Shown here: positions 21,235-31,069 of the stretch, in pieces
Layout: every line of letters starts with the position of its first letter
How positions within the stretch are numbered: the first letter of the stretch is position 1
Source: Synechococcus sp. AG-686-F08
GTDB taxonomy: Bacteria > Cyanobacteriota > Cyanobacteriia > PCC-6307 > Cyanobiaceae
Length of the DNA stretch: 64,000 nucleotides
NCBI GenBank assembly: GCA_003210315.1
Contig: QCVQ01000002.1
Coordinates: forward strand, 7,333-71,332
Direction: 5' to 3'
Program-made: the position numbers and the translations under genes
Notes under the pieces: model-generated
Seen by the model: only the letters and a program-made list of their open reading frames with translations
The model's database searches: none
What the model was told of the DNA's origin: nothing

Positions 21235-22329
21235 ATGTCTGGCCTGGCTTCGTCTTCATCGCCGAGGCGCATTCTCCTCTGTGGCTATTACGGAGAACAC
21301 AACCTCGGAGATGATGCTCTTCTTGAGGTGCTCAACAAACAGCTGCCTGAAGGATGGCAACCTCTGATTACGGCCCACGACCCGGGAGCTGTTCAAACCA
21401 TTGTTCCCAGGGGGTCAGTGGTGAACAGAAGGTCGTTAAAGGCCGTCCTAAACAGCATCAAACAGGTGCAGGTGGTGATCCTTGGTGGTGGAAGCTTGCT
21501 CCAAGACAGCACAAGTGTACAGAGCCTTATTTATTACATTCTCTTGATCGTGGTGGCGCAAGTCAGGCGTAGACCGGTGTTGTTGTGGGGACAGGGTCTC
21601 GGACCACTGAGGCATGCGTGGAGCCGCTATCTCGTAGGTCGTGTCCTAAATGGTGCAACCTCCATTACCTGGAGAGATACTGCATCGATGAAACTTGCCA
21701 AGCAGATAGGGATAAAAACATCGATGTCTGTGGCTCCAGATCCGGTCTGGACACATCAGATGGGTGAACATCAAGGGGGCGGAAATATTGTGCTGTGTTG
21801 GCGACCAACCAACTTGTTAACAGCTAGCGGTTGGTCACTGTTGCTGCAAAGTGTCGATCAACTCAGTAAAAGAACTGGTAAATCAGTGACCTGGCTCGCA
21901 TTTCATGCCAATCAGGACGCAAACTTACTGGAAACATTGAATGAGAAGGGATTGGTACCCCATACTCTCGCCATGAAATCAAATACTGTAGTCGCAGAAA
22001 ACATAGAACATGCTCAAACCATTTTTAAAGAAGCAAGCTTCGTTATCGCAATGAGATTACACGCCTTAATTTTAGCGATCATTAGTCAATGCCCATCTGC
22101 AGCACTAAGCTATGACCCAAAAGTAGAGGCAGCAGCAAGAACTGCAGATGTGCCATGCTTTGGACTAGAACAACTGCCTAGCTTAGAAGTAGTATTAACA
22201 AGCTGGAGTGAGTGCATGAAACATCCTCCATCAAAGAGACACCTTCAAAATATTCGCGAAAAATCCTATGAACACGAAAGGGTTCTAAAATTAAGCTTAG
22301 CGAAATTGGAGGCAACAATAAGTCTTTAG
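21235..22329 (+). CDS. csaB: Polysaccharide pyruvyl transferase CsaB
   Basis: GYYGEHNLGDDA, GGGSLLQD, GQGLGP, MRLHALI, LSYDPKV. Confidence 0.9.
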   Translation: MSGLASSSSPRRILLCGYYGEHNLGDDALLEVLNKQLPEGWQPLITAHDPGAVQTIVPRGSVVNRRSLKAVLNSIKQVQVVILGGGSLLQDSTSVQSLIYYILLIVVAQVRRRPVLLWGQGLGPLRHAWSRYLVGRVLNGATSITWRDTASMKLAKQIGIKTSMSVAPDPVWTHQMGEHQGGGNIVLCWRPTNLLTASGWSLLLQSVDQLSKRTGKSVTWLAFHANQDANLLETLNEKGLVPHTLAMKSNTVVAENIEHAQTIFKEASFVIAMRLHALILAIISQCPSAALSYDPKVEAAARTADVPCFGLEQLPSLEVVLTSWSECMKHPPSKRHLQNIREKSYEHERVLKLSLAKLEATISL

Positions 22330-22398
22330 TAAAAGACTAAACAAAGGAAACAAGATTCTCAAGATAAAGCCAAGAAAATAATCGCACAAGAAATTAAA

Positions 22399-23370
22399 TT
22401 AAGGAAGACGGATTCCACTTGCAGCGTCAAAATGATGCTCATCAGAAGCTTTCCAAGAAACATGAATAGTCTCTGGAATATCCACAGCCGTTGAACAGGA
22501 CAATCTCAACGGACCTTGAGGAGAATCAAGGTAGAGAAGCTGTGAACTGCCAAGCCATTCACGTGATATTAGTTTGCAAGGAATCCCCTCGCTGGCAAAA
22601 GTGAGAGACTCTGGCCGAACAGCACAGACAACACCATTGCTAGGCCGGAGACAATTAATTTGAGGCCTCCCAATAAACTTGGCTATGAATAAAGTTTCAG
22701 GGTGATGATAGAGCTCAGCGGGAGTAGCAACTTGTTGGATCCGACCAGAATGCAAAACTGCAATACGATCAGCAATCGCCATCGCTTCATGCTGGTCATG
22801 GGTGACATGAATCACTGGCTTCTGTCTGTTTAGAACAAGACGACGCAGCTCTGGCCGCAACTCCTCACGAAGTTGAGCGTCCAAGTTGCTCATGGGCTCG
22901 TCGAGCAAATACACCTCGGGATCACGCAACAAAGCTCTTGCCAGCGCCACCCTCTGTCGTTGACCTCCAGACAACTGTGCCGGCAACACATCGGCACGGT
23001 CTTGTAGTTGAACGAGATCGAGCATGGCCTGAATCCTTTGTTGGCGATCGGATGGACGTACTCCACGGACCCGGAGACCAAGTTCTAAGTTTGCAGTCAC
23101 ACTCAAGTGTGGTAGTAATGCATAACTTTGAAAGACCATTCCAACAGCTCTTTGTGCTGCCATGGCATGGGTAACTTTCGTTTGATCAAAAAATATCTCT
23201 CCCTCGGAAACAGCATCAAGACCAGCAATCAGTCTCAAAGTACTGCTCTTGCCACAACCGGATGGACCAACTAAGGCAACACATTCACCATCATCAACTT
23301 GGAGGTTTAATTGACGGACAATCCATTGTTGACCAACACGACGACCTAAGTTTTGAATTTGTAGAGTCAT
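22399..23370 (-). CDS. ggtA: Glucosylglycerol/sugar ABC ATPase
   Basis: [21 protein letters not shown]; operon context. Confidence 0.8.
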   Translation of the reverse strand: MTLQIQNLGRRVGQQWIVRQLNLQVDDGECVALVGPSGCGKSSTLRLIAGLDAVSEGEIFFDQTKVTHAMAAQRAVGMVFQSYALLPHLSVTANLELGLRVRGVRPSDRQQRIQAMLDLVQLQDRADVLPAQLSGGQRQRVALARALLRDPEVYLLDEPMSNLDAQLREELRPELRRLVLNRQKPVIHVTHDQHEAMAIADRIAVLHSGRIQQVATPAELYHHPETLFIAKFIGRPQINCLRPSNGVVCAVRPESLTFASEGIPCKLISREWLGSSQLLYLDSPQGPLRLSCSTAVDIPETIHVSWKASDEHHFDAASGIRLP

Positions 23371-24179
23371 CCTTTTACAGCCCCACTAGTGAGTCCAGAG
23401 ACAATTGGTTTTTGAAAGATCAAAACAAGTAGAACTAATGGTATAGAACCAAGAACAGTTGCTGCAGCATAAGCACCATAGGGAACGGAATAAATTGATG
23501 AGCCGGCTATTCTTGCCATTGCAACAGGCAAGGTTAGTTTGTTTGAGTCACTAATCCAAGTTAAGGCAATTGGATACTCATTCCATGAAAAAAGAAACAC
23601 TAGAATCGCAGTACTAGCGGTAGCTGGAGAAATAAGCGGTATCAGAATCCAACGAAAGCGTTGGAAGAGAGAGAGACCTTCAAGTTTTGCAGCATCTTCC
23701 AACTCAGGGGGGAGATCATTAAAAGCACTGTTGAGAAGAAGAATGGCTAGAGGCTGCGAAAGTGCGGCATAAGGAAGACTTAAAGCCAAGAGTTGATTAC
23801 CTAGATTGAATGTCCGTGCTAACTCAAGCAAACCCAAAAATAGTAAAACATAAGGAAACAAAGCCGCACCAACAAGTGCTAAGCGACTAATGATTGAGAG
23901 TTTTCTTGGAATTCGGTTCAATGCATAGGCAGCTGGAAGAGCAAGTAATAGGCAAAAGAACGTACTCGATACACCAACAATGAAGCTATTAACAAGATAA
24001 CGCCAAAATGGAGGATTAGAAGTTAATACATTACGATAATGAACCAAAGTCCAACGATGATCAATCGACGCAAAGGGTTGAGTCAGAGCTTGATCACTAC
24101 ATAAAGAGGTATAAACTTGCCAGAATAATGGTCCTAATGACCAAATGAGCAATAACACAATAAGAAAGCGTCGATTCAT
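23367..24179 (-). CDS. ggtD: Glucosylglycerol/sugar ABC permease (MalG-like)
   Basis: ELEDAAKLEG, FSWNEYP, SGLTSGAVKG. Start taken at MNRRFL. Confidence 0.8.
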   Translation of the reverse strand: MNRRFLIVLLLIWSLGPLFWQVYTSLCSDQALTQPFASIDHRWTLVHYRNVLTSNPPFWRYLVNSFIVGVSSTFFCLLLALPAAYALNRIPRKLSIISRLALVGAALFPYVLLFLGLLELARTFNLGNQLLALSLPYAALSQPLAILLLNSAFNDLPPELEDAAKLEGLSLFQRFRWILIPLISPATASTAILVFLFSWNEYPIALTWISDSNKLTLPVAMARIAGSSIYSVPYGAYAAATVLGSIPLVLLVLIFQKPIVSGLTSGAVKG

Positions 24180-25057
24180 GATGAAACGGCCCCTCTGGAT
24201 TTTGAATGGGTAGGAATAATTAATTGCAAAGCAATCCAGGCGATTACACAAATTAAACTGATGAGGATAAAACTAGCCATTATAATCGTTGCGCTATAAC
24301 CAAAGTCTAAAAATCGAAGAGCATTCCAATAAGCATATAAAGCAATACTTTCAGTACTACTCGCTGGGCCTCCACCAGTTAAAACCTGTATTAAATCAAA
24401 AACACCAAAAGCTTGCGCAAGTCTAAAAAGAAGAGCAAGTAAAATATACGGACGTAGCAATGGGAGCGTGATCCTTCGCAAGCAAATGAGAGCATTACCT
24501 CCTTCCAAGCGCAATGCTTCATAAAGATCCCCAGGAATTGTCTGCAAGCCAGCCAACAAGATTAAGGCTGCAAATGGCGTTGTCTTCCATACGTCGGCCC
24601 ATACAGTTGCCATCCAGGTGAGACTTGGATCACCAAGAATATTTAATGATCCAAGTCCAATGATCTTGGTTAAGTGATCAACAGGACCATAAGGCGTATT
24701 GAAAATCCAACGCCAACCAAGTGCCATTACTGTTGTTGGTAACGCCCAAGGAATAAGTGCCAATGTGCGCACTACATCTCTCCCCCGCCACCGCTGGTCC
24801 AGCAGGAGTGCGATCAGCAGGGCTAAAACCAGTTCAAGTCCAACTGAGACCCCAGCAAAACGCAGCGTTTGGAACAAGTCCTGCCAGTAACGTTGATCTT
24901 GAACAAGTCTCAACCAATTGGCGCCTCCATTTGAAATCGCAATTAATCCAGTTATAACGGAGTCAGCATGAAAACTAAGCCATGCATAACGAAATAAAGG
25001 CCCAACAAAAACAACGACAAGTAACAGTAATGCTGGGACTAAGAGTAAAGCAATCAT
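24176..25057 (-). CDS. ggtC: Glucosylglycerol/sugar ABC permease (MalF-like)
   Basis: ADVWKTTPF, LYEALRLEG, TGGGPASSTE. Confidence 0.8.
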   Translation of the reverse strand: MIALLLVPALLLLVVVFVGPLFRYAWLSFHADSVITGLIAISNGGANWLRLVQDQRYWQDLFQTLRFAGVSVGLELVLALLIALLLDQRWRGRDVVRTLALIPWALPTTVMALGWRWIFNTPYGPVDHLTKIIGLGSLNILGDPSLTWMATVWADVWKTTPFAALILLAGLQTIPGDLYEALRLEGGNALICLRRITLPLLRPYILLALLFRLAQAFGVFDLIQVLTGGGPASSTESIALYAYWNALRFLDFGYSATIIMASFILISLICVIAWIALQLIIPTHSKSRGAVSS

Positions 25058-26325
25058 GATCGATCACCTGCTGAAATCAGGATTTGATCTGTGTTTACGG
25101 CTGCCACATTCATACCTAGCTGTGGTGATTGCTCATTAGTTAAAATACCACTGAGTTGACGTTGTAATACATCACTGATTTGAGCATATAAAGGTGTTTC
25201 TGGCCTTGGTTTCACAACTTGTTGTGCTTTTCCAAATTCGGCAAGGATTGGAGATTCTTTCAGCAACTGAGGATCGTCAAAAACATTTTGCATCGTTGGT
25301 GTGTAACCATATTTTTGGAATAACTGCTTTTGTGATGACTCTGACGTAAGAAACCGGATTGCTTCAATTGAGGCATCAATATGTGAAGACCCTTTTAGAA
25401 CTGTTAGCCCCCAGCTTCCAAGCGTGGCGGTAGAGTATCCAGGCTTTGCCACCATGGTCGTAATACCCACATTCCCTTTAACAGCACTATCTGTTTTTTG
25501 AAGTTCAGCCCAGGCGTAGGGCCAATTCCGCATAAAGGCCGCATCACCCACCTTGAAACTCTGTAGAGCTTCAGGTTCTGCATAATTAGTCACTGCCTTT
25601 GGACTGACACCCTGATCGATGAGGGACTGTAGCCAAGCTGCTGCTTCAATACCAGGTTTTGAATTTAGTCCAATTTGATTGCTTTTGGGTTGTAACCAAT
25701 CACCTCCAAATCCGTCGATCATTTCTAAATAGACACAACTAAGACCCTCATATTGACGACCTTGCCAGACATAGCCCCATTCTACTTTTTGATCCTTTTG
25801 CAAAGATTGACTCACTGAAACTAAATCTTCTGGTGTTTCCGGTGGTCGATCCATCAAATCGGTTCTGTAGTAAAGCAACCCCATATCTGACGTCAGTGGC
25901 CAACGATAAAGATGACCGTTATATGAATTACCTTCACGTGCACCTTTCGCTAAGGATTCAACATCCTGAGTATTAAAATTGTTCTCAAGGGGTACCATCC
26001 AACCAGCTGCTGCATACTTTGGTAACCACGTGACATCCATTAGTAAGACATCAAAAGGGGCTTTACCTAAGAGCAAGCTACTGATCGCTAAATCAGACAT
26101 TGCTTCTGTTTCTAATGGGCCCCTAATAACTCTTAAGTTAATTTTACCACGGTACTCTTTGTTAAATTGATTTACCAGATCCTGAGTTGCGTCAGCAAAT
26201 GGTGCTGCCATTAAAATTGAAACTGATTCAACTATTCTGGCCTGAGCGAGACCAAATAATGCACTACAAATGAAGACAGCAAAAATGCCGGCAAAGAATC
26301 TTCGTAGGAAAATATTGGTGCTCAT
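25054..26325 (-). CDS. ggtB: Sugar/osmolyte ABC substrate-binding protein
   Basis: GLLYYRTDL, WQGRQYEGL, FMRNWPYAW; 4-nt overlaps with both neighbours. Confidence 0.8.
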   Translation of the reverse strand: MSTNIFLRRFFAGIFAVFICSALFGLAQARIVESVSILMAAPFADATQDLVNQFNKEYRGKINLRVIRGPLETEAMSDLAISSLLLGKAPFDVLLMDVTWLPKYAAAGWMVPLENNFNTQDVESLAKGAREGNSYNGHLYRWPLTSDMGLLYYRTDLMDRPPETPEDLVSVSQSLQKDQKVEWGYVWQGRQYEGLSCVYLEMIDGFGGDWLQPKSNQIGLNSKPGIEAAAWLQSLIDQGVSPKAVTNYAEPEALQSFKVGDAAFMRNWPYAWAELQKTDSAVKGNVGITTMVAKPGYSTATLGSWGLTVLKGSSHIDASIEAIRFLTSESSQKQLFQKYGYTPTMQNVFDDPQLLKESPILAEFGKAQQVVKPRPETPLYAQISDVLQRQLSGILTNEQSPQLGMNVAAVNTDQILISAGDRS

Positions 26326-27821
26326 GCGTCACTATCTTGATGTTCAAGTGCATCCATTTGTTCACTAACCCAATCACTCACCGTAAAACTCTCAACAGCA
26401 CTGCTCATTCTGCTCATCCGTTTAATTTGCTCATCTTTGGGCATTTCTAGTGCTCGTTCAATTGCTTCATCCATCTGACGATGTGAATAGGGATTGGTCA
26501 AAATTGCTCCATCAAGAACAACAGAGGCACCCGTGAACTCTGAGAGCACTAAAACGCCACCTCGATCCTTGCGTGCAGCTGCATATTCTTTGGCAACCAA
26601 ATTCAACCCATCTCGAAGTGGTGTAATCCAACAGATATCAGATCGTGTAAACCATGCAACCATCTCCTCGTATGGAATGCGTCGTGTTGAGAAACGGATT
26701 GGAACCCAATCAATCAAACTAAATCGGCCATTGATACGGCCAGCGGTTTCCTCGATGGTGCGTTGAGTGTCTTCATAGATTTTCATGCCGCTTGCTGCTG
26801 CCACGCATGCAAGCATGAGAACCACTTTTCCATGCCAGTCTGGTCGACGTTCCAGTAACCGTTCGAAGGCAAGCAAAAGCTCTTCATTGCCCTTCGTGTA
26901 GTCAACACGGCTAGCAGAAAGAATTAGCTTTCTACCTTTCTTAGTGTCATCATCGATTTTATCGGCTAACTCTTGAACATCAGCTCGTGCTGCTAGTTCT
27001 TTGATCACATCTGGCGATGTTCCAACTGGAGACGACAACAACTGAATTTTTCGTCCCTTGTAATGCAAGCAAGGGGTTTCCGAAGGTTCAGTTAATGCTG
27101 AGCCAGTCGAAACAAACCTAGAATTAACAGGTTGCTTGGATCCCTTTGTTGCTCCTAATAGGCAGTTGGCTGCACGAGCAAAGTTTTCTGTATAACGAGG
27201 AATATGAAATCCAACAACGTCACAACACAAAAGGCTTTTGAGAATCTGTTCTCGCCAAGGCAAAATTGCAAATACATCATTTCCAGGAAATGGTGTGTGA
27301 TGGAAAAATGCAATCTTTAAGTCAGGCCGTAATTCCCTGATATAGCCAGGAACAAGCCACAAGTTGTAGTCATGAACCCATACGGTGGCTGATTCAGCTG
27401 CCTGATGACATGCAGCTTTGGCAAATCTACGATTAACTTCCTCAAAAATCCCCCAATCTGCATTATTGACATTAAAATGGGTAGGGAAAGTATGTAAGAT
27501 TGGCCAAAATGATTCCTTAGAGGTTACATGATAAAAGCTTGCTATCTGATCTTCTTCTAATGGAATTCTGCATAAAGTAAATGGTTTAGGGTCAGACATC
27601 GGGATATTTTCATCATTGGCATCTTCAACATTGTCAACTTTCCTCCATGCGATCCATGTACCATTTTCTCGCGTTCGAAATAAATTCCTTAGGGTAGGAA
27701 TAATTCCATTTGGGCTTTTCTGATCGCACCAAATTCTGTTTCCTTTTTCATCTTTTCCTTCGTCAAATGGCGTCCGATGATACAGAAGGATGAAAGGACT
27801 TTGTCCCTTTGTGACCGCCAT
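26322..27821 (-). CDS. ggpS: Glucosylglycerol-phosphate synthase (GT20)
   Basis: LYHRTP, KSPNGIIPTL, WVHDYNLWLVP, FFHHTPFP, RVDYTKG, PLRDGLNLVAKEY. Confidence 0.93.
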   Translation of the reverse strand: MAVTKGQSPFILLYHRTPFDEGKDEKGNRIWCDQKSPNGIIPTLRNLFRTRENGTWIAWRKVDNVEDANDENIPMSDPKPFTLCRIPLEEDQIASFYHVTSKESFWPILHTFPTHFNVNNADWGIFEEVNRRFAKAACHQAAESATVWVHDYNLWLVPGYIRELRPDLKIAFFHHTPFPGNDVFAILPWREQILKSLLCCDVVGFHIPRYTENFARAANCLLGATKGSKQPVNSRFVSTGSALTEPSETPCLHYKGRKIQLLSSPVGTSPDVIKELAARADVQELADKIDDDTKKGRKLILSASRVDYTKGNEELLLAFERLLERRPDWHGKVVLMLACVAAASGMKIYEDTQRTIEETAGRINGRFSLIDWVPIRFSTRRIPYEEMVAWFTRSDICWITPLRDGLNLVAKEYAAARKDRGGVLVLSEFTGASVVLDGAILTNPYSHRQMDEAIERALEMPKDEQIKRMSRMSSAVESFTVSDWVSEQMDALEHQDSDA

Positions 27822-27889
27822 GCTTCACCTCTCTTTCCTGGCTCAATCGAGCCAAGGTCAACCCACCATCTCTAACACGCGCTGCGTAC

Positions 27890-28441
27890 TCAACTGGCCT
27901 GCAACTCGTTGAGGCGCGTTAACACCTCATTGGCATGTCCAACTGGACGCACCCCTGTCCAAACAGCCCGAAGAACGGACTCTGGATCGATGAGGAACGT
28001 ATGCCTCATCGAGTAAGGCGCCATCCAAGAACCATAGGCCTTGCTCACATCACCATCGGAATCAGAAAGCAGAGGGAACTTGAGCTCTTCAGAGCTGCAA
28101 AACGATTCATGGTCGCTGACTGAGTCTGCGCTAATGGCAACAACTTCTGCACCTTTCTTTCGGAAGGCTGGCAATGCATCCTGAAAGCCGTGGGCTTCAA
28201 TCGTGCAACCAGAAGTGAAATCCCTCGGATAAAAATATACGACTAACCAACGGCCTTGAAGACCGGATAAACTCCAGTGTTCTTGACTTGGATTAACACT
28301 GCTAAAGCCTGGGAGATCAAAGTCAGGTGCCTTGATTCCAATCTCAGGTGACTTGCCGCCCAGAGCATGAACACGGGTGGGAGCCAATAAAAAAATCCCT
28401 GCTCCCAGAACTGCAGTCTGGAGTAGGGATCGTCTGTTCAT
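27890..28441 (-). CDS. Peroxiredoxin (BCP/PrxQ) with Tat-like signal
   Basis: MNRRSLL signal; YFYPRDFTSGCTIEA. Confidence 0.9.
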   Translation of the reverse strand: MNRRSLLQTAVLGAGIFLLAPTRVHALGGKSPEIGIKAPDFDLPGFSSVNPSQEHWSLSGLQGRWLVVYFYPRDFTSGCTIEAHGFQDALPAFRKKGAEVVAISADSVSDHESFCSSEELKFPLLSDSDGDVSKAYGSWMAPYSMRHTFLIDPESVLRAVWTGVRPVGHANEVLTRLNELQAS

Positions 28442-28475
28442 GAAACTGATGTCAGTTCCAAAATTCTAGAGAGAC

Positions 28476-28712
28476 TCAGAGTTTTGCGAGGTTGATTCCC
28501 AATGAGCGTGCATAAGCACCCAAACCTTTCTTTTGGATGGTCTTCAGAGCACGCGTCGTGATGCGCAAATTGATCCAACGCTTCCCTTCAGCCCACCACA
28601 AGCGACGCTGCTGCAGGTTGGCCTGCTGCAGCTTTTTAGTGCGTATATGCGAGTGGCTCACAGCCATGCCGTTGTTGGCGCGAGTACCTGTGAGCTGACA
28701 CACCCGAGACAT
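28476..28712 (-). CDS. rpmB: 50S ribosomal protein L28
   Basis: MSRVCQLTG...[10 protein letters not shown]. Confidence 0.97.
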   Translation of the reverse strand: MSRVCQLTGTRANNGMAVSHSHIRTKKLQQANLQQRRLWWAEGKRWINLRITTRALKTIQKKGLGAYARSLGINLAKL

Positions 28713-28773
28713 AACGGCGTCCTTAAGAAAGCGATGGCCAATGGCCGAAACGGAATATTAGCAAAGTGCTTGC

Positions 28774-30678
28774 TTAGATTCCCCGTTCCATCAAGCGGGA
28801 CATCAACTGCAAATTATTGGATTGGAAATTGGCTAGTTCTTTTGGATCCAGTCCACCTACAGAGAGCTTTGCTGTTTCGTACACATGTTGAGCTAAATCG
28901 CGGGCAAGCATTTCGCTCGGTGATTGTCCTGCATCTCCAACGATGACGCCACCAGCCTGAAGTTTGAGCAGACCTTCTACGAGTGGGTGCTTTTGATTCA
29001 CGAGCAACACGTGATAATCAGGCAAACCGGGAAGTCGCTGATCCATAAGTGCGCCGATGTCGTTCATCCGGCGCATTTGCTCTGGAAGCAAAATGAGAGC
29101 TGCGGGTCCTTCTGCTCCAGATTTGAGAGCTTGAACTTGAACCGTAACTTTATCGTTTGAGAGTGCATCTTTGATCAATTTACGCAAGCTTTCACTTTTC
29201 GTTTCTCCATCTCCATCACTCAGCTCAGGTGTTTCTTCCTTCAGCGATGAATCCAATTCAGCGTCAACACGTTGAAATTTAAGTTCTTCGTGGCGAGATT
29301 CAAGCCATGGAATGAATTGACTATCAATCACTGTATCGGCGTATAACACCTCTCGTTCCTGTGATATCCATAAATTTAGTGCTGCTGATTGTGAAATTTC
29401 ATCAGTGCAATATAAAATTATTTTTTCATCTCCGGTAAGACGACTCCTATAGCCTTCAAGGGTGGTGTAACTCCGTTCATTGCCCTCAATTGGATCAGAA
29501 TTATCTTCAGTGGAAGGAGATGCGCTTGAGGCAAACATCACAAGTTCTTCTACTTGTTCGGCAAATTTGTCATCTTCCATGGCTCCGATTTTTACAAACG
29601 GCGCTAGAGACTCCCAAGCCTCGGCATAGGCTCGTGGATCCTCTTTTTTAAGACTGCGAAGACGATCAGAAACTTTCTTGGCAACAAAATTACCTATGGA
29701 ACGTACGCGACGATCAGTTTGTAGTGCACTTCTGCTTACATTTAAAGGAATATCTGGAGAATCAATCACGCCCCTTAATGGGAGAAGGTAGCGGGGCACA
29801 ACTTCCTTGATTGAATCACTTACGAATACCTGGTTGCAGTAGAGTTTAATCTCTCCTTTCTCCCAGTCAGCTCTTCCGGTTTGCTTAGGAAAGAAAAGAA
29901 TGCCTTGTAGATTGTAAGGGTAATCAGTATTTAGATGGACCCATAGCAATGGATCACCTTGAAATGGATAAAGATAATTGTAAAGATCAATATAATCTTG
30001 ATCCGACAACTCCCTAGCATTTTTACGCCATGGAGCCACCATTTTATTGACAGTTTCACCTTCAAGCTGCACAGGTACTGACATAAAATCGCAGTACGTA
30101 TTAATTAGAGTCTTAATCCTTGCTGGCTCTATATACTCTAATTCTTCCTCCATGAGGTGAAGAATCACGTCGGTGCCTGCATCAGTTCGTTCCGCACCAG
30201 ACAGATTAAAATTAGGTGAGCCATCGCAAGACCAACGCACCGCTTCATGGTCAGGTTTGGCAGATTTGGTGAGCAGCTCTACGCGCTCCGCCACCATGAA
30301 ACTCGAATAAAAACCTAAGCCAAAGTGACCGATAATGGCATCGTCTTCTTGCTTGTATTTCTCAAGAAAATCTTCAGCGCTTGAAAAGGCAACTTGATTG
30401 ATATAGCGCTTAACCTCATCTGCCGTCATACCAATTCCGTTGTCGGAAATGGTGAGAGTTTTGGCCTCGCGGTCTACATGAATTTTGATTGTGCCATCGT
30501 CTCCTTCGCTGCAGTCGCCGGCCATAGCAGCCATTCTGCGCTTGCTGATGGCATCGACACCATTGCTGACCAACTCCCTTAGAAACACCTCATGGCCGGA
30601 GTAGACAGCCTTTTTAATGATTGGGAAAATATTCTCGGTGTGGATCTGAATTTGACCCTGCTCGTCCATCACCGCCAT
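28774..30678 (-). CDS. htpG: Chaperone HtpG (Hsp90)
   Basis: FLRELVSNGVDA, DNGIGM, IGHFGLGFYS, PLNVSRS. Confidence 0.97.
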   Translation of the reverse strand: MAVMDEQGQIQIHTENIFPIIKKAVYSGHEVFLRELVSNGVDAISKRRMAAMAGDCSEGDDGTIKIHVDREAKTLTISDNGIGMTADEVKRYINQVAFSSAEDFLEKYKQEDDAIIGHFGLGFYSSFMVAERVELLTKSAKPDHEAVRWSCDGSPNFNLSGAERTDAGTDVILHLMEEELEYIEPARIKTLINTYCDFMSVPVQLEGETVNKMVAPWRKNARELSDQDYIDLYNYLYPFQGDPLLWVHLNTDYPYNLQGILFFPKQTGRADWEKGEIKLYCNQVFVSDSIKEVVPRYLLPLRGVIDSPDIPLNVSRSALQTDRRVRSIGNFVAKKVSDRLRSLKKEDPRAYAEAWESLAPFVKIGAMEDDKFAEQVEELVMFASSASPSTEDNSDPIEGNERSYTTLEGYRSRLTGDEKIILYCTDEISQSAALNLWISQEREVLYADTVIDSQFIPWLESRHEELKFQRVDAELDSSLKEETPELSDGDGETKSESLRKLIKDALSNDKVTVQVQALKSGAEGPAALILLPEQMRRMNDIGALMDQRLPGLPDYHVLLVNQKHPLVEGLLKLQAGGVIVGDAGQSPSEMLARDLAQHVYETAKLSVGGLDPKELANFQSNNLQLMSRLMERGI

Positions 30679-30738
30679 GACACCAACGTCAAAACTCAAC
30701 CCTAGGGATAGACCCCATCGAGGGACAACAGCCTTTTG

Positions 30739-30754
30739 AGGGGGTTCTCCGAAC
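30739..30754 (-). promoter_or_regulatory. K-box-like element upstream of htpG
   Basis: Minus strand GTTCGGAGAACCCCCT versus the K-box consensus GTTCGG-NNAN-CCNNAC. Confidence 0.6.
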
Positions 30755-30819
30755 CTCCTCGGAGTTGCGGCCTGATCAAGGTGAAATGTGAGGTTTAGTC
30801 ATTTTACCAATGATCGATA

Positions 30820-31044
30820 TCAGCCAGGCGTTTGTAAATCACCTCGTTCCTCAGGAATGATGGCGTTAGCCACAGGACAAACCTGTAAACAAATTCCGCA
30901 GTCAATACAGGTATCAAAATCAATCCAATAAAAATCTGTCCCCTTTTTGTTGCTCCCAGTTCCTGGCTTGATGCAGGCAACTGGACAAGCATCGACACAG
31001 TCAGCAACGCCTTCGCAGATGTCAGTGACGATCGTGTGTGCCAT
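30820..31044 (-). CDS. Bacterial-type dicluster ferredoxin (3Fe-4S/4Fe-4S)
   Basis: CEGVADCVDACP and CIDCGICLQVCP. Confidence 0.92.
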   Translation of the reverse strand: MAHTIVTDICEGVADCVDACPVACIKPGTGSNKKGTDFYWIDFDTCIDCGICLQVCPVANAIIPEERGDLQTPG

Positions 31045-31069
31045 AACCGTTGGTATCTATCTTGGCAAT

